DNA of 64,000 nucleotides from Chlamydiia bacterium (GTDB lineage Bacteria; Chlamydiota; Chlamydiia; Chlamydiales; Rhabdochlamydiaceae): NCBI GenBank assembly GCA_963804085.1, contig CAWDOQ010000002.1, positions 64,001 to 128,000 of the forward strand, read 5' to 3'. Shown piece by piece: positions 57,919 to 64,000 of this stretch (position 1 is its first letter; each line of letters starts with the position of its first letter). The notes under the pieces were generated by a model. It saw only the letters and a program-made list of their open reading frames with translations, ran no database searches and was not told where the DNA came from. The position numbers and the translations under genes were made by a program.

Positions 57919-59555
57919 TTAAAATTGATGGAAGGTGGCGAGGAGGTGGTCGAGGATGGAGGAGAGCTCTTGCCACTTGCGCTCGTCGCGCTTCTCGGGA
58001 TCTTGGTAGTAGCGGAAGAGGATGCGGTCTAGCGCGGGGTCGACTAGCTGCAGAAGCGCTGTGTAGGCGATCTCTTCTTGCCAGTCGCTTTCGAGGAGAG
58101 TCTTTTTTCCAAAAACAGGTTTGGTGAGCATCTCACGTGCAATGACGCGGCAGCGCTGCAAGCTCTCTTCGACCTCTCGGTAGAGCTGCAAGATTTTGCC
58201 CTTCGTGATGTGCGGCAACTTTGCTTGCTGGATCTCGGTGTCGATCTTGCCTCGTAGATCAAAGCTTGTGCTTAGATCTATGCTGCCGAGTGGCGCGTAT
58301 GGGATCTCGGAAAAGCCAAGCCCGCCCTCTGTCGCATTGATAAATCTGCGTTCGGGATGACTCTTGGCAAACTCTTCGATGCAATCTCTTTCCATCACCC
58401 ATTTGACGAGTGTGTAGATCGGCTTTCCATCACGCCCCTTCTCGAGGAGAATCTGCTCGGTGGCGCGCTTATCTTTTTGCAAGGCTTCGATCGATATTTT
58501 AGGGTCCTCTACAACCCCGTCTGCATACCTTTTCATACCGGTATAGGCAAGATCGACGCCGGCCAGGATGATCGGATCGCAGCCGAGCGCATAGGCGTAG
58601 GCGATTGCAAGGGTGGTCACAGAAAGCGCTTCACGTCCTAAGTCCGGGCCGATCGCTGTGCCTGCGATGTCCAGCTTCTCTTCCATCCAACTCTCAAAGA
58701 TGCCGCCTGTATCCGACTTCATATAGCCAACCGGGCCTTTACATAGGGAAAAGACGGAAGGGAGCAACCGGTTTGTGTAGAGAAATGGCATTTCTAGAGG
58801 TTTCGCAGGAAGAAGACGCTCATACTCTTCGGGATTGGGGTCGAGTGCCATCCCAAAATGGGGTGTAATACCCAAAGATTTGAGTGCAGAAAGTGTAGAG
58901 CCTCCTGCAAAGATGAGCGCGTCGTTCCTCCAGTTCTTTAAGTGCAGCAGCTCGATGCTTTAAGCGAGGGACCAGCTCCGCAGATGACAGCGGGAATACC
59001 TTTAAACTTGCCAGTCATTGCATTGGCATAAAATGCCTCGGGAAGGTGCAGAAGATTAGGCAGCACATTTTCTAAAAGCTTATGAGTGTAGAGGCCATCT
59101 GCTAAAAGAGCATGCAGCGCTGCTGTTTTGCGCAGAAGTTTAAGACGGCTGGTCTCTATCTTGCTCTTATCTTTTTCCCGTGCAGCAAACTGGACCCGCT
59201 CGCAAGGGTAGGTCTGAGCAAGTTCCTCTAAGTCACTCTCCCAGTCCTGCACATAGCGTAAGAGGACCTGCTGATCTTCTAAAATCTCTTTAGCACACTC
59301 TGTCTCCAAAAATGCTGCAAAGCCGGCGAGCTCCTCTTCCAAAATAATCAATCTTCTTTCCGAGCGCTCATGCAGCCACGCGTTTAGATCTTTGTAGTAG
59401 TGGCCATCTCCCAAGCCATAGAGATAGAGGATCTCTACTCCTTGAAGATCTAGCGGACCGATCTTCTCTTTTGGTAAGTTTTTGATCAGCTTGTAGGGCA
59501 TGTAAGAGAGGTGAAAGCCGATCTCGGGATAGCGCTCCATTAAAAGTTGTTTCAT
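57919..59555 (-). CDS. Maf/DUF115 (MptE-like) family protein A (frameshifted near 58915-58955)
   Basis: YGLGDG, PAVICGAGPSL, LIFAGGS, PHFGMALDP, LGCDPIILAGVDLAY, FINATEGG. Confidence 0.78.
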
Positions 59556-59643
59556 ATTTTTTGCCTCTGTACTGTACAAAAAATTAATGTCGAAAAATTT
59601 CTACAGGAAGGCAAGCAGCAGGATAGGCAGAATAAGAAAGAAA

Positions 59644-59751
59644 AAGAGTTAAAACAGGATGGGCAGGATAGACAGGATGAAGATGAAGAAAGAATTTTTT
59701 TTTGTTTCTCTTTCTTATCCTGTCTATCCTGCCCATCCTGTTTTAACTCTT
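59644..59751. repeat. Palindrome built from CAGGAT units (9-nt period)
   Basis: Perfect 35-bp inverted repeat aagagttaaaacaggatgggcaggatagacaggat / atcctgtctatcctgcccatcctgttttaactctt. Confidence 0.92.
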
Positions 59752-59778
59752 CCTTTTTTCTCGCGTTCCTCCTTTTCC

Positions 59779-61291
59779 TCATCCTGTAAATCCTGTTATA
59801 AGCCTTGTGTCTTCCAAATTTTTGTCGAGCACAGAGATTTTTTGCATCTCTTGCACGACTTTTTTATAAAAAAGCAGTCTCTGCAAATATTCTTCGATGT
59901 GGGGCGAGCTAATTTCAAGAGACTTGCGCGTCCATATCGGCTGCCAGACCTTCCAGAGCGGATCTATTATATTCTGAAAAGCAAGCTCCTCTTCCAGCTC
60001 TACCTCTAAAAGAGCCCCCTCTCCTGTTTCAGAAGGGAGCCTCGGAAAGCGCTCATCGAAAAGAGCGAGCAGCTTTTCAATTCTCTCACCAGAGCGCTTG
60101 AGGCTGCTCTCAACAACATGCAACAACTCCTGCACTTGTTGCTTCTCTATTCCAAGTGGTGGAATCTTGTTAATCTCTTGCTGAACAAGATTGTGTAGAT
60201 CCCACTCTCTTTGGCAATGCTTGCTTGCAAGAGCAGAAAGCGAGCTTGCGCTTGCCTGAATAAAGTTATGTTCGGGATGCTGCTTCGCAAAATTTTCAAG
60301 CCACTCCTTTGCAAACAGCCAGTCGCGGCGTGTAAATGCCTTTTTGCCGTTTGAATCTTGGATAGAAACTAGTCCTTCAGTCCCCTCCTCCACTCCTGCG
60401 GCATAGAGCTTCTCCCCGTCGCTTGCCAGGTCTACCCCTACAAAAATAATGCGGATTACACCCTAATTCCACGCTAAGAGCCGTACAGAAGGTAGCGACA
60501 TTCCACCCGCCATCAAATGTGCTCTCCTCTATCCCGCACTCTTTTTGAAGCCACTCTTCGATCGGATAGCCGCCGCTCCCCTCCATCCAGAGAAGGGGCG
60601 CGTGGATAGACGCAAGAAGCTCCTGCGAAACACGGCTCTGATAAAAGAAAGGAGAGCTAAAGCTCGCCTGCCCTTTTAACCTCTCATGAGGGGGATCGGG
60701 ATCGATACTCGCTGCAAAGTGGGGAGTGATCTTCTCTTGCGCCAAGATATTTAAAGCGGATCCTCCCGCAAAGAGAAGAGCATTGTTTTGCAGTTTACGC
60801 AAAGCCCCTATCTCGCGCTCAAGCGTAGGGCCCGCGCCACAGATGATCGCAGGTATCCCTTTGAAACGGTTGAATAGCGCGCGCCCGCGTTTTGCATCAC
60901 AAAACTTTGGCATATTGGCATAGACGTTGCTTAAGATGCGCACACCAAAATCGCGAAAATCTGAGGCGACCAGGTGCACGCCAGACTGGTAGTGCCGCAT
61001 CTTGCTAAAGAGCTCTTCTGCTCTCTTTTTCTGCTCGGAAGGGCCAAGCGCTAAATAGGAGAATTTCAGAAAGACAAACTCCCAAGCAGCCTGCTTAAAA
61101 GACTCCTCATCGCCTGTAAATACAAACCGCACTCTGGAATCTTGAAAGAGTGCCTGTATATGGTCGCTCTCTTCCAGGATGCAGAGAAGCCGCCTCTCCT
61201 GCTTTTGGTTCAGCCACTTGGCAACTTCAGGATAAACCTCGCCAAAATCACCGCCGTAGAGACAAACAATATCTGTGTCTTCTTCAATCAT
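59779..61291 (-). CDS. Maf/DUF115 (MptE-like) family protein B (+1 frameshift near 60450)
   Basis: PAIICGAGPTL, LLFAGGS, PHFAASIDP, LGCNP then IIFVGVDLA in the shifted frame. Confidence 0.78.
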
Positions 61292-61749
61292 TTTAAAAGG
61301 TCTCTGTAGGGAGGGATGTAGGAGAGATAAGCATAACCATCTTTTGCAGCATCGAAATACCCAAACTCTATCTTATGTGCATTGGCAAGAGCAAAAAAAG
61401 GAGCTTGGACAAAACGGTTATACCCCAAGAGCTGCTCGCGTGCCCCCTCTTCAATCTCTCCTTGTTTGCATTCGATTAAAAGAAGCGGAAACAGCGGATG
61501 CTCGGGATGGATATTCTTTCCAAAAGAGAGGATGTCGATTCTTCTATCGGGAATATCTTGTTTTTTACTGATGTGAGGAAGCTGTTTGAGCTCCTTTTCT
61601 ACAACGAGAAGCTCTCTTGGAAACCCGAGCTCATAGAGCATCTTTTGAAGAAGCTGCTGTCTTACCCGCTCTTCAGGTGTTGCAGGCACCCAGCATTTGC
61701 GCACCTCATCATAAAGAAGAGAGTCGCTACTGGGGGAGGACGATACCAT
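61288..61749 (-). CDS. Type I restriction enzyme HsdR N-terminal-like domain protein
   Basis: TPEERVRQ...VEK...RRIDIL...LIECK...QLLGYN. Confidence 0.8.
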   Translation of the reverse strand: MVSSSPSSDSLLYDEVRKCWVPATPEERVRQQLLQKMLYELGFPRELLVVEKELKQLPHISKKQDIPDRRIDILSFGKNIHPEHPLFPLLLIECKQGEIEEGAREQLLGYNRFVQAPFFALANAHKIEFGYFDAAKDGYAYLSYIPPYRDLLK

Positions 61750-62359
61750 AGTCGCCGTCTTGACGTCTGTAGATCACCTTCAGTTTGCGATCCTCTTCTC
61801 CTACGAAAATGAGAAAGGGATCGTCCGAAAGCTCCATCTTCATGATCGCCTCGTTAGTAGTGATCGTCTTAAGAGGCATCTTGTCATTGGCAATGACTTT
61901 GGGGATGTGAAAGATCTTCTCTTTTTCTTTTCTTGTCTCTGCTTCGATCTCGCCATTGACCTCTTCTAGAAGGTTGTAGGGCCGGCGCAGAACGTTTACT
62001 TGCATGTCGACTACAGATAGCTTTTTTGCAGTATGATCTTGAATGCGGCTTCTCCATCTACGCATCTTCTCATGCAGACGCTCTATTGCGTGATCGATCG
62101 AAGCATAGATATCGCTGCAGGTAGCAGAGACCTTAATAAAAAAATGTTCCAGTTTGATGACGATAGAAACACACTGCTCTTCGCGATGGATCTCCATTGT
62201 CACATGGACATCCATGATATGATCGTGAAAACGCTCGATCTTAGAAAACTTATCGTTGAAATAGTTCTTCATCGCTTCAGTGACTTGAACGCCTCTTCCG
62301 ATGAACGTAAGCTTATATCCCGCTGCGTCCTCTTCTGCAAATTTCTTTCTATCGACCAT
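61727..62359 (-). CDS. hpf: Ribosome hibernation promoting factor, long form
   Basis: GRGVQVTEAMKNY, DIYASID; C-terminal EAIMKMEL...VIYRRQDGDYG. Confidence 0.88.
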   Translation of the reverse strand: MVDRKKFAEEDAAGYKLTFIGRGVQVTEAMKNYFNDKFSKIERFHDHIMDVHVTMEIHREEQCVSIVIKLEHFFIKVSATCSDIYASIDHAIERLHEKMRRWRSRIQDHTAKKLSVVDMQVNVLRRPYNLLEEVNGEIEAETRKEKEKIFHIPKVIANDKMPLKTITTNEAIMKMELSDDPFLIFVGEEDRKLKVIYRRQDGDYGIVLPQ

Positions 62360-62372
62360 ATATGCCTCATTA

Positions 62373-62723
62373 TTATGTCTTCTTCGCTGATTTCCATCCT
62401 ATCTCGTAGACAGGAAAAATGTCGATCACTGTCTCTTCGTAGGGGTGGACGCGGTGAATGGCCGCTACCACTTCCTCCAGCTTCTCTCTTGAGCAGACCG
62501 CCTCGACCCTCTCCTCGACAACCTCCTCCATCTTGCCGGGCTTACCTATAAAAGGCTTCGCCCCTTTGCCCGGCTTAAACCGTCCCGTCCCCTTCACTGA
62601 AAAGCTGCAAAAGGAGTAGGCGCCCACCTCTCCCGCCCCTGCCTTTCCCATCGCCTCTCGGACTAGATCGGCATGGGTCTCAGGGACTGTCGTTACTATC
62701 GTGACATAATCCGCTAACTTCAT
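62373..62723 (-). CDS. YqfO/NIF3-associated PII-like small protein
   Basis: VPETHADLVREAMGKAGAG...YSFCSF...GTGRFKP...HPYEE. Confidence 0.82.
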   Translation of the reverse strand: MKLADYVTIVTTVPETHADLVREAMGKAGAGEVGAYSFCSFSVKGTGRFKPGKGAKPFIGKPGKMEEVVEERVEAVCSREKLEEVVAAIHRVHPYEETVIDIFPVYEIGWKSAKKT

Positions 62724-62735
62724 AATATCCCTAAT

Positions 62736-62808
62736 TGCACCGAACAGGACTCGAACCTGTAACCACCCGGTTCGAAGCCGGGTACTCTATCCATTGAGCT
62801 ATCGGTGC
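62736..62808 (-). tRNA. tRNA-Arg(TCG)
   Basis: gcaccgatagctcaatggatagag...cccgg-ctTCGaa-ccggg...ggttcgagtcc. Confidence 0.95.
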
Positions 62809-62853
62809 TTGATTTTTTCCTCGAGAGTAATTAAACCTTGGCACTAGTAAAAT

Positions 62854-63450
62854 ATGCAATTGGAAAAAACAGAAGGGATCGTCCTCCGCAGCTTGACCTA
62901 TCAAGAGGATGCACGCATTCTCACGCTGTTTACAAAAGATTTAGGACTCATCAGCCTGATGTTGAAGGGGGTATCGCCTAGAAGCCTCCAAAAGATGGCT
63001 GCCGCCTCCCCTTTTTGTCAGGCAGAATTCGTCTATTTTAAGGGGCAGTCTGACATGCTCCACTACCGCGACAGCACCCTGCTCAATGAACATCTTTTTT
63101 TGCGAAACAAGCTCTCTTCGCTACAGACAGCCGGAGCTCTTGTCCAAGCGCTGCTTAAGTCGCAAATGCCCGGTAAGAGCTCTCCCGCTCTCTACCATCT
63201 GCTCGATACCTATCTCAAACAGATCCCCGCATTTAGCGATTCGGCACCACTTGTTACGAGTTTTTATTTGAAAATTCTCTCTCACGAAGGAGTCCTGCTC
63301 CTTTCAGACTTGGCAGCCTCTCCTCAAGAAGGAGCGCTGTTAGAAGAACTTCTCTCGGCACGCAGCTTTGAAAAGCTTAAGACGATCACCCTTCCTGCAA
63401 CACTTGCAGAAAAAGCAGCCCTCTACTTCCAATCTACTGTTTCTCTTTAG
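62854..63450 (+). CDS. recO: DNA repair protein RecO
   Basis: TEGIVLRSLTYQEDARILTLFTKDLG...KG; FYLKILSHEG. Confidence 0.85.
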   Translation: MQLEKTEGIVLRSLTYQEDARILTLFTKDLGLISLMLKGVSPRSLQKMAAASPFCQAEFVYFKGQSDMLHYRDSTLLNEHLFLRNKLSSLQTAGALVQALLKSQMPGKSSPALYHLLDTYLKQIPAFSDSAPLVTSFYLKILSHEGVLLLSDLAASPQEGALLEELLSARSFEKLKTITLPATLAEKAALYFQSTVSL

Positions 63451-64000
63451 ACTCTTGCTTAGACTCGGGCTTGGGTAGAGCACTCGAATAGTCGAGAAGA
63501 GAAAGCGTTCCGCCTATGGGCAGGTCCTCTTTATCCTCACCTTCATAATCCCTAAAAAGAACGATCAGCTTGTTTTGTTTATCCCACCGGAACTCGGTAT
63601 GTATGCCTGCAAATTCTCGTATCCGCCTCCGAGAAGCAACATCCCATAGTTGAACGCTATTTCCGTTTGCTAAAAGAAGGGTCTTTGTTTTTGGATCAAA
63701 ATCTATCTGCCTGATACCTAATGGCATATAGGGAAACGTAGACAACACCTTGGAAGTTGCCAGGTCCCAAACTACTACTTTACCCTTTCGCTCTGGTACC
63801 ATTTCGTTTCTCCTCCAGCTAAACATCCCGCTTCTGACGCTGACTTCTCTTTCTAGGATATAGTCGCAAGAAGCAAATAGCCGTCTGTTAGTACAATCGT
63901 AGTGAAAAGCACTGTAGCTCTCTTGGTTATCTGCAGCATCTTGTAATACACTGATCTGCTTTCCGGTGATTGGATCAAGCACCTCTACTTTAGAGCCATT
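63434..64000 (-). CDS. WD40/beta-propeller protein, C-terminal part (5' end outside window)
   Basis: GKVVVWDL, VQLWDV repeats; reading frame open to the window edge. Confidence 0.65.
   Translation of the reverse strand, partial: NGSKVEVLDPITGKQISVLQDAADNQESYSAFHYDCTNRRLFASCDYILEREVSVRSGMFSWRRNEMVPERKGKVVVWDLATSKVLSTFPYMPLGIRQIDFDPKTKTLLLANGNSVQLWDVASRRRIREFAGIHTEFRWDKQNKLIVLFRDYEGEDKEDLPIGGTLSLLDYSSALPKPESKQESKEKQ

Noticed and set aside
59547-59789. Mirror-image ORFs on both strands (QDGQDRQD / SCLSCPSC)
   Set aside because: Translation of the CAGGAT palindrome, not genes
7770-61291. Frameshifts in uppP, ftsK, serS, glutamate dehydrogenase, 37746 and both Maf genes as pseudogenes or programmed recoding
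   Set aside because: All can be repaired by removing single extra bases, several in or beside short runs; serS and ftsK are essential and otherwise intact; no shared slippery motif. Sequencing or assembly error is the simplest explanation.
61288-61749. HsdR-like gene as part of a type I restriction system
   Set aside because: Only the small N-terminal nuclease-like domain; no hsdM, hsdS or helicase nearby
62836-62860. TGGCAC upstream of recO as a sigma54 promoter
   Set aside because: No GC at the required GG-N10-GC spacing

Overview
Bacterial chromosome segment from an environmental member of the Chlamydiota, inferred from gene order and content (dnaX-ybaB-ptsI, comEC, fused E1 alpha/beta dehydrogenase, UPF0158, SWIB-domain protein, CtcB/CtcC two-component pair, eukaryote-like F-box, Sel1, MORN and WD40 proteins). 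A housekeeping backbone with 3 tRNAs (His, Leu, Arg) is interrupted by single accessory genes and small arrays of effector-like genes. Many intergenic junctions carry palindromes: 10 full or half copies of a GC-rich REP-like element with 6-nt periodic arms, three other periodic palindromes, a 186-bp MITE, a ~590-bp foldback and a two-copy 88-bp repeat. No transposase or integrase is encoded in the window. Two accessory genes sit between a host gene 3' end and a duplicate of that end followed by a half-REP. Core genes bordering these sites show a local skew that seems to depend on position (C-rich to the left, G-rich to the right on the + strand). Together these suggest a palindrome-marked gene-capture hotspot system, which is an inference. 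Effector highlights: two MORN proteins ending in a CaaX box (CTIL) that share an N-terminal leader with a divergently transcribed Sel1 protein, and a five-gene F-box-like array with a conserved N-terminus. Several genes, including essential serS and ftsK, have +1 frameshifts that are most likely sequencing errors; only prfB has a recognisable programmed frameshift. All calls come from reading the sequence by eye; no searches were run.
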